Shown here: positions 9,801 to 20,300 of the stretch, piece by piece
Numbering within the stretch: the first letter of the stretch is position 1
Layout of the letters: each line of letters starts with the position of its first letter
Assembly (NCBI GenBank): GCA_963737905.1
Contig: CAVTUQ010000002.1
Span: 96,001 to 160,000, forward strand
Direction: 5' to 3'
Length of the DNA: 64,000 bases
Origin: an uncultured delta proteobacterium
GTDB lineage: Bacteria > Desulfobacterota > Binatia > UBA9968
Notes under the pieces: model-generated
What the model was told of the DNA's origin: nothing
Database searches by the model: none
What the model saw: the letters and a program-made list of their open reading frames with translations, nothing else
Program-made: the position numbers and the translations under genes

Positions 9801-12403
9801 CACGGATAACACGCTTCGGAAGCTCGCGATCTCACTGGCCGCATGCTCGGGATCATTCTCCACGTCCGGGACGTGGATGACCGCGCGATCGAAGATTGCT
9901 CGTGCCACGAACAGATGTCGGCCCGGCCGAGTTGGAAAAAGCTGCCGGGATAGCTCCAGGGCTGCTGGTGGATAGTTGTTATCGGCTACCATGTGGATGA
10001 GCTCGCCGTCGAATCGGTATACCGATCCGAAGAGAGCCCACAGAGTTTGACCGAATGTTCGGCGATGGTATCGAACACGGGCTGCAATTCGGTCGGCGCG
10101 CTGCTTATGACCGCGAGGATATCACTTGTCGCTGTCTGCTGTTCCAACGCCTCAGTCAGATCGCCGTTACGGACTTGCAGTTCTTGAAACAGCCGCACGT
10201 TCTCGATCGCGATCACCGCCTGGTCAGCGAAAGTGTGACCAGTGCGATCTGCTTTTCTGCAAAGGGCTCGGACTACACTCCTTCGGATCATGATCCCTCC
10301 GGAGTTGGCCCTCTCGTGAGCAGCGGGACTCCCAAAAGCGTTCTAACGAACCAATTCGGGCTCCCACTTCCCTAAATTAAATCCAGGATCAGTTAGGCAT
10401 CCGGGAAGATGAACTGGCCGTCGCTCAAGAGCGAACGGCCCATAACCGTACCGCGGTCATTAGGGGAGATAGGAGTTCGCTCGAAGAATTCATCTCAATT
10501 CGGGAGTCACGTTGTAAGCAACCGCCAGGCGAAACACGTCGTCATCGACCTATAGATATATCCCTGGTTAGCACCCAAAGGCGTCGCGGCGTTCTCGATC
10601 AGTGTTTCCAGAACGGGATGAAGGTCAAACGTCGAGCGGCTGATGACCTTGAGCACTTCGCTCGTGGCAGTCTGCTGCTCTAACGCCTCGGTGAGGTCGC
10701 GGTTCCGCGCTTCTGAGTTCCTTGAACAGCCGCACATTCTCGATGGCGATCACGGCCTGGTCGGCGAAGGTCTTAACCAATTCGATTTGTCGGTCAGTGA
10801 AAGGCTCGACAACGTCGCGCCAAATTGTGATTGTTCCGATTCCTGCTCCTTCTCGCAATAAAGGCACTGCCAACAACGTTCGCACCCCGGAGTCGGATGA
10901 CGTGGGAATAGTCTGCCGCGCTATAAATTGTGCATCGGCGGCGTGTAGTCGGGCGTCAAGGATGTGGATAGGTTTGCGGTCGAGGAAAGCTCGAGCGCCT
11001 GGAATGTTGGGACTTACTGGGAGGGGGTTGGACTGCAGGACCGCGATCCGTTCGGGACTTTCATTGTGATGAGCGACGACTCGCAAAAACTCTCCATCGA
11101 GTTGCCGGATATGGCCCTGTTTGGCCCCAGAAAGCTTCACAGCGTTGGCAACAAGGGTATCGAGTACTGGTTGGAGCTCAGTCGGTGAGGATGCGATAAC
11201 CCTCAAAACCTCACCGGTCGCCGTCTGTTGCTCCAGCGCTTCAGTCAGGTCGCGGTTCCGTTCCTGTAGTTCTTTGAAGAGCCGCACGTTCTCGATCGCG
11301 ATGACCGCTTGATCGGCAAAGGTTTCAAGCAGCTTTATCTGCTTGTCTGAGAAGGGGCGAACCTCTATCCGACGGATCATGATCGTTCCGATCGGCACAC
11401 TCTCACGCAGTAAAGGCGTGGCAAGCACGGTCCGAAGGCCGATCGTCTTAGCGAGCGACGCATTTGGGAACTCGTCCTCTGGTTCCGCTGCAAAGTCATG
11501 TATGTGAATGGTTTGTCTGTCAATGATGGCTCGACCGGATATCGAGCCACGGTCAATTGAGGTGGGACCTCCACCCAGCGACCCCGGCAGCGATCCATAA
11601 TTAGCCACCCTCTTCAAGGAATCACCATCGATGCGACTAATCAAAGCGTCGTCAGCCTCACACAGCCGCGCAGCACTTTCTGCGACTGCATTTAACACCG
11701 GCTGGATATCCGTCGGCGAGCTGGCGATGACGCCCAAAATTTCACTCGTTGCCGTTTGTTGCTCCAACGCTTCATTGAGTTCTTGAAACAGCCGCACATT
11801 CTCAATGGCGATGACCGCCTGGTCGGCAAAGGTTTCAAGCAAACGGATTTGCTGGTCCGAGAACGGACGAAGCTCCAGGCGACGAAGGTGGATTATCCCA
11901 AGCGGAATTCCATTTCGCAGCAGCGGCACAACTAGCACACTCTTCACGCCTGATGGAATTGCATAGATCTTGGCACCGGGGAACTCATTAATAGCTGCCT
12001 GAACGTCAGGGACATGGATTGTCCGCCGGTCGAGAATGGCTCGGCCGGGCACCGATCCGAAGTCGATGGATACATTTTCCCTTCCGGCCAAAGTTGGGAT
12101 AGAGCCAAAGTGAGAAACCGTTTGGTAGGTCTTACCATCGGTGCGCCGCACTAACACATCGTTGGCATCGCACAACCGCGCCACATTCTCGGCAATGGTG
12201 TCCATGACGGCCTGCAGATTAGCCGGAGCTTTGGCAATCATATGCAGGATGTCGCTAGCCGCAGCGAGTTGTTCCAGCGCCTCGTCGCGCTCCCGCTTTA
12301 GCTCCTCAGCTGCCTGTGGATGCTTGAGCTGAGACTTTTCAGATGAGACACGGGGCGGCTTTGCCCTTGTTTTCTTCGCGCCCTTTTTGGTGGTCGTTGC
12401 CAT
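6807..12403 (-). CDS. Giant cytoplasmic sensor histidine kinase HK1: ~9 tandem GAF domains + HisKA + HATPase (multiple frameshifts in this sequence)
   Basis: Nine TFA(D/T)Q(A/S)xxAIxNxRLF GAF-terminal motifs across consecutive ORF fragments; [11 protein letters not shown]-box; N, G1, F and G2 boxes; no transmembrane segment seen; ~1860 codons if joined. Confidence 0.85.
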
Positions 12404-12581
12404 AAAGCAGATCGAGACGGGACTGAACTGACTTTTACGCCAGGTGGTTGCAGGCGTCAAGGAAAGCTATGAAAGGGTTGCAACGCAACCGCTATGGGTT
12501 CGCTTTAGCGAGTCTACCGAATTTTTCGACGGGAAGACTACCTCACGAATCGCGCAACGTCCCAATTTCGGTCAAAAAAAG

Positions 12582-12610
12582 TTGACACTAAATGCCTCGG
12601 AGGATAAAAC
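12582..12610 (+). promoter_or_regulatory. Putative sigma70 promoter for the SEC-C gene
   Basis: TTGACA-17 bp-TAAAAC. Confidence 0.4.
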
Positions 12611-12752
12611 TCTCACAGATAACGGCCGGATTTTGACGAAAAAATAAAAAACACCGCTGAAGTTTGGGAGGTTCTGCCGCGCCGGTCGGTGCGAGATGTG
12701 CCAGAAGGATCAAATCCTTCTTACGAGGCGATGCAGCGGGGGAGAGACGCTC

Positions 12753-14117
12753 ATGAAACCACAGAGGAACGATCCCTGCCCTTGCGGGAGCGGCAAGAAA
12801 TACAAAAAGTGCTGCCTACCCAAGGAAAGAGACCAACAAGCCGGCGATTCCCCCTGGAGCCATGCCGGCAAAGTGCACCGCATTCAGCACGCCGACGATT
12901 ATCCGGTGGAGGCCTGCTATCTCAATGCTGATTGGAAAGGGCAGGGATTGGCCCGCATCGTGGTTACTCGGAGCCAAGAGAACGGGAAAATCATGGTAGC
13001 AGCGTTCCTGGTCGATATTTTCTGCCTGGGAGTCAAAAACGCCTTTTGTAATGAGGGCCTCGGCAGAAGGCAGATTGAGGCTCAACTTCTGCCTGGATAC
13101 TACCAGAATGAGGAACCCACGAGAGTCGGGATCAACTATGTCAAGGAGATCATCTACGGCGCGGTAGATTACGCCAGAAGTCTAGGATTTGAACCTCATC
13201 CTGATTTTGAACTTTCCCGCCAAGTGCTTGGATCTGAAGAGATTGGCAGGACCCGCAACCTGACCTTTGGCGGGCCGGAGGGAAAGCCGTTTTACGTGGC
13301 CGGCCCCGATGATGATACCGCAACGGTCCTGCAAAAGCTTCGCAAGAGACTAGGGGAAGACGGATTTAACTTTATTGCGCCGGAAGAGGACTGGGAGGAT
13401 ATAAAGGAAGACGAAGACCAGCAGCCCGGACTGGTGAGTCGGGTATTGGGTCAAGCGACGGAGCTTCTGGACGCTGACCTCAAGAGATACAAGCACCTTA
13501 GACAAATTGGGATGCGCTTAATGGGTGCGATCACAAGGTCGCTACCGAGGGAATTGATCCTCCAGGCTGCAAGAGATTTGCGGCTGTTGGATAAAAAGGG
13601 GAGGATCGTCTGCGATACGGAAGATGAAACGTCATTCATCATGGATCGCGCTATCCACGACATACCCTGGCCGGAACAGAGATACATAGAAATCTATCAC
13701 CAAGACGAGGCCTCAAAGCTATCTCTAGATCAGCAGGCGTATCTAGAGGCAAACATACAGCCGGTTTTTTCCTTGTACGAAGTTTTGAAGGTATCCCGCG
13801 GTCGCGGTGTATGGCTAGTGAATCTATTTTCGCCGGAAGAATTTTTTCTCATGGATACTGGATTAGGAACGACAGCCGAAAAAGGATGCCTTTTGGCCAG
13901 CAGGGTAATCCGCCTCAACGGAATCTGTTTCACCTCCGGGGTGACTATGCCTTTTGGCCCCGAACACAAAAGGCGCCTCACGCACCACTTTACTTCCCTG
14001 GCAGATGACAAAGAAGGAGCCGGAAGCTGGGAGAGGCTGATGCAGCGTCATGCTCCATATTTCTTTATTGAGTTTAAGAAGACCGGTGTTGCCGTCGAGT
14101 TTACTACGGTCACTTAA
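12753..14117 (+). CDS. SEC-C motif (zinc-binding) protein of unknown function
   Basis: RNDPCPCGSGKKYKKCC at the N-terminus; two regions separated by an acidic linker. Confidence 0.85.
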   Translation: MKPQRNDPCPCGSGKKYKKCCLPKERDQQAGDSPWSHAGKVHRIQHADDYPVEACYLNADWKGQGLARIVVTRSQENGKIMVAAFLVDIFCLGVKNAFCNEGLGRRQIEAQLLPGYYQNEEPTRVGINYVKEIIYGAVDYARSLGFEPHPDFELSRQVLGSEEIGRTRNLTFGGPEGKPFYVAGPDDDTATVLQKLRKRLGEDGFNFIAPEEDWEDIKEDEDQQPGLVSRVLGQATELLDADLKRYKHLRQIGMRLMGAITRSLPRELILQAARDLRLLDKKGRIVCDTEDETSFIMDRAIHDIPWPEQRYIEIYHQDEASKLSLDQQAYLEANIQPVFSLYEVLKVSRGRGVWLVNLFSPEEFFLMDTGLGTTAEKGCLLASRVIRLNGICFTSGVTMPFGPEHKRRLTHHFTSLADDKEGAGSWERLMQRHAPYFFIEFKKTGVAVEFTTVT

Positions 14118-14743
14118 GCCACGTGCCGTACGGACCAGGATTTTCTTTTTGCTCTTTCGGGCTTACTGTGAAGAAGCATTCACCCGAGGGGGGTCCAATC
14201 GCTCAAGCCGTTAGAACTGAAAGCACGGGCTGACAACCTGAGCGTTTTTAAAAGCCCACGATCTCTGCGAGCGGTTGGGGCTCTTCCGATATTGATGATA
14301 AAAGGAAGTCCTGGTTCAGCGTTTACGTTCTTTACCTGAACGAATTCCTTGTTTCTCTGGGGACCCCGGCGCCAACCTCGCAAAGACTCCAGTCAACCTC
14401 GTCTTTATTTTGGCTTTCCGAAACTTGCCATGTTTTGCGTGAGATGATTCTTCTCCGACTTCGGATCTATTTCCCGCCAACTCGCCAAGATTTGAAGGCC
14501 ATGCCTTTTGTCGAGCGAATCTTCGTTCCGCACACGCGCTGCGTTACTTAATTCCCTTGCAGTAAAACAGTAAAAACTATAGGTCTTCAGGCCTTCCTGT
14601 GAACCAGGACTCGGAGATTGCGCCGCGGATCCGCCAAAGGATGGATCAGCGACAGTTTTTAAGGCTGAGGCGCGGAGGACCCAGAGTAAACGAGTTCTTG
14701 GTAAAAAAATTTTTCTCCTCGCAAACTCTGTCTATGCTTGAAA

Positions 14744-14932
14744 GTTTTCGCCGCTTGCGTAAATTTGCCGATATATGAAACATCTCGGATTCGGATATTT
14801 CTCCCGCCATGCCGCGAAGAACGCCAAGTTTTGATAACTATTATTTCTCTTTCTTTGCAGCCTTTGCGTGTTTTCGGGAAAATATTCCGCTTCTTTGGGT
14901 TGCGGCGCAGCCGCGCTGTGCCTCTGCGGTGA
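14744..14932. repeat. Composite cgccaag/ctttgcg-type repeat cluster
   Basis: 14744-14828 resembles 16443-16528; ctttgcagcctttgcg arm; gcggc-N3-gccgc hairpin at ~14900. Confidence 0.65.
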
Positions 14933-15083
14933 ACACTTCTTCACAGAAAAACCGGAATAACCAAAACTATAAACCGCTACAAAAAGCAGCGAGTGTGAAG
15001 AGGAGAGGCCTAAGTATCGCATTGAGCCAACGGGAAGACGCCCTCGCTCAGCCTCCAAAGAGAGATGTTCGAACGAACTTGTC

Positions 15084-16216
15084 TTAGCTTTTCAGTCGGA
15101 GAATATTGTGGGCGGTGACCGGCCGGTGAAATCCTTTCAGCGTTAGTTCCCCTACAGGTTCCACTTCCACCAGCTCTTCCACAGTCCCCAGCAGCCGTTG
15201 GGAAACCAAGATCTGACTTGGTTTGGCCTCGCCGCAAAGGCGTGAGGCCAGATTAGTGACGGTGCCGATGGCACCGTAATCCCACCGACCTTCAAATCCG
15301 ATTCCGCCGATGGTCGCGTAGCCCTGCGCGATACCGACACCGAAATCGAGCTCGTAGCCTAGCTTACGCCATTTGCCGTCAGCTCTACCACACTCTCCCG
15401 CATCGCAAGCGCCATGCGGATCGCTCGCTCCGCCGGGTTCGGAACCGACACTGGATCATTAAAAAAAATCATCATGCCGTCGCCAGTGAATCGTTCCAAA
15501 GTCCCTTCGTGTTCCAGAATCAGCTTGCCCATTGCAGCATGGTACTCGCGGAGAACTCCCATTACTTCCTCGGGCTCGGAGGTCTCGGCAAAGGCGGTAA
15601 AGCCGCGCAGGTCGAGAAAAACCACCGTGATCTCTCGCCGGTGGGTCTTGAGCGGATCCTCGGTGCCTCCGGAGACGATCAGCTCTGCAAGTTGAGGCGA
15701 GAAAAAACGTTTTAGCCGACTGAGTCTGTCAAGCTGAGCCACTTGCTCCTTTACACGTTCTTCCAGACGCTTGTTCCACTCCTCCAGCTCGTTGCGGAGC
15801 CGAACCTCCTGGTCGCGCAAACGCTTTTTCTCCAGGCACGCGCCGATGCGCGCCCGCAAGAGGACCGGGTCGAATGGCTTGGGCAGATAATCCTCGGCCC
15901 CGAGCTCGATACAACGGACCACGCTGCCGATCTCGTCTAGAGCGGACAGTACAATGACCGGAATGTCGCGTAGTGCATGATCCGACTTCATCTGTTCCAG
16001 AACCTGGTAACCGTTCATCTCCGGCATCATGACATCGAGCAGGACAAGGTCGTACGGATCTGCCTTGATCGTCTCTAACCCAAGTCGCCCGTTTTCCGCA
16101 ACGGCGGTTTTATGCCCGTCCGCCTCCAAAAGCGCGCACAGCATATCCCGGTTCATCTCGATGTCGTCGACGACAAGAACGGAGCGGGATTGAATGTTGG
16201 CATTTTTCTCAGTCAC
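15084..16216 (-). CDS. Response regulator receiver fused to a class III nucleotide cyclase (copy 2), one-base frameshift at ~15372
   Basis: REC + cyclase. Restoring one A in GCAAATGG gives KWRKLGY as in copy 1 and reads through to TAA at 15084-15086. Confidence 0.9.
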
Positions 16217-16261
16217 GATGTGTGCTTCTTGCAGTTTCGCCCATCTGGCTAGGAGACTTTC

Positions 16262-16740
16262 TTAACCGCAAAGAACGCAAAGTTCGCATAGGAAAAATTC
16301 TTTTGCATTTCTTTGCAATTGTCCGACGACCGTTCAACATTCGCCGAAACACCTTCTCACCACGAAGATCAGGAAGACCACGAAGGGCGGGTTTGAAAAG
16401 CACCTCTATTTTTTTGCGTCCTTTGCACTTTATGTTTAAGCGTTTTCGCAGCTTGCGCAAATTTTCCAGTGCCCCGTGGCTATCCAAAACTGGGATTTGC
16501 TCGTGCCAAGACGCGAAGCACGCCAAGTGGCGGGCCAGGCCCGTCATCCCGAGCGGAGACGAGGGATCTGAGAAAGATTTCTCCCTTCGGTCGAAATGAC
16601 AATACGTTTTTCTTTGCGGCCTTTGCGCGAGATATTCCCAGTTCTTCTTTTGTGTTCTTTGCGCCCTTTGCGGTTAATTCTCCGGTTCCGAATCGACTTT
16701 GGTTGCGGCTTTTGCCGCGCTAGGTTCTTTGCGGTTAAAT
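16262..16740. repeat. Cluster of 8-9-nt-periodic cgcaaag/ctttgcg repeats with a nested REP-like element (16542-16600)
   Basis: aaccgcaaagaacgcaaagttcgcatag, caccacgaagatcaggaagaccacgaag, ctttgcggcctttgcgcgaga, ctttgcgccctttgcggttaa; cgtcatcccgag...gggatct...agatttc...gaaatgac. Confidence 0.75.
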
Positions 16741-16754
16741 TCCTCTCCGTCCTT

Positions 16755-16787
16755 AATCTAAAATCGGCAATCTAAAATCCAAAATCA
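16755..16787. repeat. Heptamer tandem repeat (aatc-NNN)x5 overlapping a stop codon
   Basis: aatctaa-aatcggc-aatctaa-aatccaa-aatca. Confidence 0.75.
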
Positions 16788-17150
16788 TAGGAACTCCTGG
16801 ATTTTGGCCAGCAGCTCGGCTGGATCAAACGGCTTCGTTACATAGGCATCGCAGCCGGCCTCGGCCGCCTTAATGTCATCGCCGCTGAGCGCATAGGAGG
16901 TCACTGCGATGATGGGGATATGGCGGAGCGCGGCATTGGCTTTGATCCGCCGCGTCACCTCGTATCCGTCAATGCCGGGAAGCTGGATATCCATAAGGAT
17001 CAGATCCGGCACCTGCGCCTCCGCCGACGTCAACCCTTCCTCACCCGTGACCGCCTCAATCAATTCATAACCAACGCTTGTGAGAAGGTCGCGCAAGAGG
17101 CGCCGATTTTCTTCGTGGTCCTCGATAACCAATATCCGCTTTCCAGCCAT
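16785..17150 (-). CDS. Single-domain response regulator (DivK/CheY-like), copy 2
   Basis: VIEDH, ILMDIQLPGIDG, VTSYALSGD, TKPF. Confidence 0.92.
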   Translation of the reverse strand: MAGKRILVIEDHEENRRLLRDLLTSVGYELIEAVTGEEGLTSAEAQVPDLILMDIQLPGIDGYEVTRRIKANAALRHIPIIAVTSYALSGDDIKAAEAGCDAYVTKPFDPAELLAKIQEFL

Positions 17151-17174
17151 AGCAAATCTCAACTTTAAAGACTT

Positions 17175-17382
17175 TTAACCGCAAAGATCGCAAAGTTCGC
17201 ATAGAATTTTTTTGCGTTCTATGCGTTCTTTGTGGTTAGCCTCTTGGTTTGCTCCTCTTCCCTTGCGCCTTTGCGCGAGATTGATTCTTTCTTTTTTATC
17301 CCGCCAAGACGCCAAGCTCGCAAAGAAAATCTCCTTAACTAATTTTCCTAACTTGGCGTACTTTGCGCCTTTGCGCGAGAAA
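17175..17382. repeat. Two adjacent cgcaaag/cgccaag-type palindromic elements
   Basis: aaccgcaaagatcgcaaagttcgcatag...tttgcgttctatgcgttctttgtggtt; cccgccaagacgccaagctcgcaaag...cttggcgtactttgcgcctttgcgcgag. Confidence 0.75.
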
Positions 17383-20300
17383 ACTCTTCTCCGTACGGTA
17401 GCGTGAAAGTAAACTTACTCCCTTTCCCCACTTCGCTTTCCACCCAGATCTTTCCTCCGTGTAATTCGACGATTCTTTTTGCGATGGCGAGCCCGAGCCC
17501 CGTGCCCCCCTTCTTCTGCGTGATGGAGCCCTCGGCCTGTCGGAACTCGTCGAAGATTTTTTCGCGATCCGTCTCCGGGATCCCTGGCCCGGTATCCGAC
17601 ACCGACACCAGCAAATTCCCGTTCTCCGCTGCCACGTCGATCCGAACCTCCCCCGAGTCCGTGAACTTGATCGCGTTGCCAACGAGATTCAACAACACTT
17701 GCGCAATTCGCCGCTCGTCCCCTAGCGCGGCAGGCAAGTCGGCAGGAACTGTGACCTTCAGCGGAAGATTCTTCTCCGCGGCCAGAGATTGCGTGCCGGA
17801 GACGACGGCCTGAATCACGTCTTTAATCGAATAAGGGTTGATCGCCAAAGTTAGTTGGCCGGCCTCGATCTTGGAGAAATCGAGCACGTCGTTGATCAGG
17901 CCGAGCAGATGACGGCCGCTTTTGTCGATTCGTCCGTGGACGTCTCTAACCTTCTCGGGCAGCTCGCCGTACACGTTCATCAGGAGCATCCGCGTATAGC
18001 CCAGGACGGCATTCATCGGCGTGCGCAGCTCATGGCTCATACTCGCCAAAAACTGCGATTTGTACTTGCTCGCCAGCTCCAGTTGATGTCCCTTTTCCTC
18101 GATCTCTCGAAAGAGCCGTGCATTTTGTATCGCCAAGGCCGATTGAGTCGCGAAGGTCTGAAGAAGTGGACGACTTCCGGCGAAAAGCTGCCGGCCTGCT
18201 TCCGCCACACCGTCAACGCCCCCATGATGCGCCCTTCTCGGAGAAGCGGAACCGCCAGAACAGATCGATATCCGAGCCGAGCCGCGATAGGCCGGAGTCG
18301 CGTAGCCCCGAGTTCCTGCTCCTCTAGCAGATTAACGACTTGAACTGGAGCCCGAGTGATTGTCGCCCGCCCGGTCGCGCCCTCTCCCTGTCGTATCGGC
18401 GCTGCCCGAATGGCTTCGACTAGTTCTTCTTCCATACGGTGGCTAGCCCTGAGACGAAATTCCTGCCCACCTTCGTCGTACTCGTAGATAACTCCACTGT
18501 TGGTACCTGAAAGCTGGACCGCATGGCCAACGATGGTGCTGAGCACGGTCTGGAGATCGAGAGTAGAGCTGACCGCCTGACCGACCTCGCCTAACGCTCT
18601 AAGCTCGCCGACCGACTGTGCCAGCTCGCGGGTCCGCGCCTCCAGTTCCTGGAACAGCCGCACGTTCTCGATTGCGATCACCGCCTGGTCGGCGAAGGTT
18701 TCTGAGCAGTTTGATCTGCTTGTCGGTGAAGGGACGGACCTCCATGCGGCGAATATGAATCGCCCCGATGGGTAGTTCCTTCGCGCAGCAATGGCGTGGC
18801 AAGATCGTCCGAACGCCCACGTGCTGGCAAAGCTGCAGACTCCGGAAAGTCATCTCTCTGCCGCGCAAGTCATCGGAATGTGAATTGTTCGTCGGTCAAT
18901 TATGGCTCGCGCCGTTGGTAGAGCCACGGTCGATTGGAGAATTCCCGCAGGTCCCACCCGGCAAGGCCCGTAATTAGCCACGATCTGAAGCATGTCACCA
19001 TCAACGCGATAAATCACCGCGTCAGTTGCATCGCACAGCCGCGCCGCATTCTCGGCGACCACATCCAGCACCGGCTGAATGTCAGTCGGCGAGCTGGCGA
19101 TGACGCGGAGGATTTCGCTCGTAGCCGTCTGCTGCTCCAACGCTTCAGTGAGATCGCGATTGCGGACTTGCAATTCTTGGAAAAGCCGCACGTTTTCGAT
19201 CGCGATCACGGCCTGGTCGGCGAAGGTCTTGAGTAGCGCGATCTGCTTGTCGGTGAAAGGGTTGACTTCCGCGCGACGAATCAGAATGGCCCCGATGGCG
19301 ACCCCCTCACGGAGCAATGGGGTCGCCAGTCTCGTCTGCAGGCCGAATTGTTTCTGATAATCCATGCTCACCGTGAATTCGTCCTGCGACGCCGCTTCCA
19401 AGTCATGGACATGGATTGTCTCTCGATCAAGCACTGCTCGGGCAGGCACCGAGCCGCGGTCCATAGGTCCTGCTTCTCCGATTGGTCCTGTAGGTAGCGT
19501 CCCATATTTAGCCACTCGCCGAAGGTTGCTACCATCTACACGGAAAATAACTGCGAGGTCCCCACCGCAAACACGTGCGGCACTCTCGGCCACTACATTC
19601 AGCACCGGCTGGATATCTGTCGGCGAACTGGCGATGACACCCAAGATTTCACTCGTAGCCGTTTGCTGCTCCAACGACTCCTTGAGTTCTCGGAACAGCC
19701 GCACGTTCTCGATGGCGATCACCGCTTGATCGGCGAAGGTTTCGAGCAGTTTGATCTGCGCCGGGGTGAAGGGGCGCACCTCGGTGCGACGCGCGGTCAA
19801 TACTCCAATGAGTTCCCCCTGCTGACGAAGGGGAGCGGCCAAGAAGGTGCGGAAGTTGCCGGCGGAACCCAACATCGGGAAATCGTTCTGCGCGCGGACG
19901 TCGGGAATGTGGAGCGCGCCGTGCTCGCGCATCCAGCCATACTGTGGCTCATCAATACTGATCTCGGGGCGGTCAATAGGTATGGGACCAAAATGAGCCC
20001 GCGGAACCATGGCGTTCCCCTCGCGGAGTCGCAGCACCACGTCATCAATCCCACAAACCCGCGCGGCGCTCTCGACGATGGCATCCAGCACCGGCTGCAC
20101 ATCCGTTGGCGAGCGGCTGATGATGCCGAGCACCTCAGCCGTTGCAGTCTGATGCTCCAGGGCTTCCCGCAATTCAGCGTTCCGCTCTTGGATATCCTTA
20201 AACAGCCGGACGTTCTCGATGGCGATGACCGCTTGGTCGGCGAAGGTTTTGAGAAGCGCGATCTGTTTGTCGGTGAACGGCCGGACTTCTTTTCGATGGA

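Noticed and set aside
16209-17406. Small ORFs 16209-16547, 16222-16599, 16469-16723 and 17212-17406
   Set aside because: Translations of periodic repeat DNA (LRSLR/FAPLR-type low complexity)
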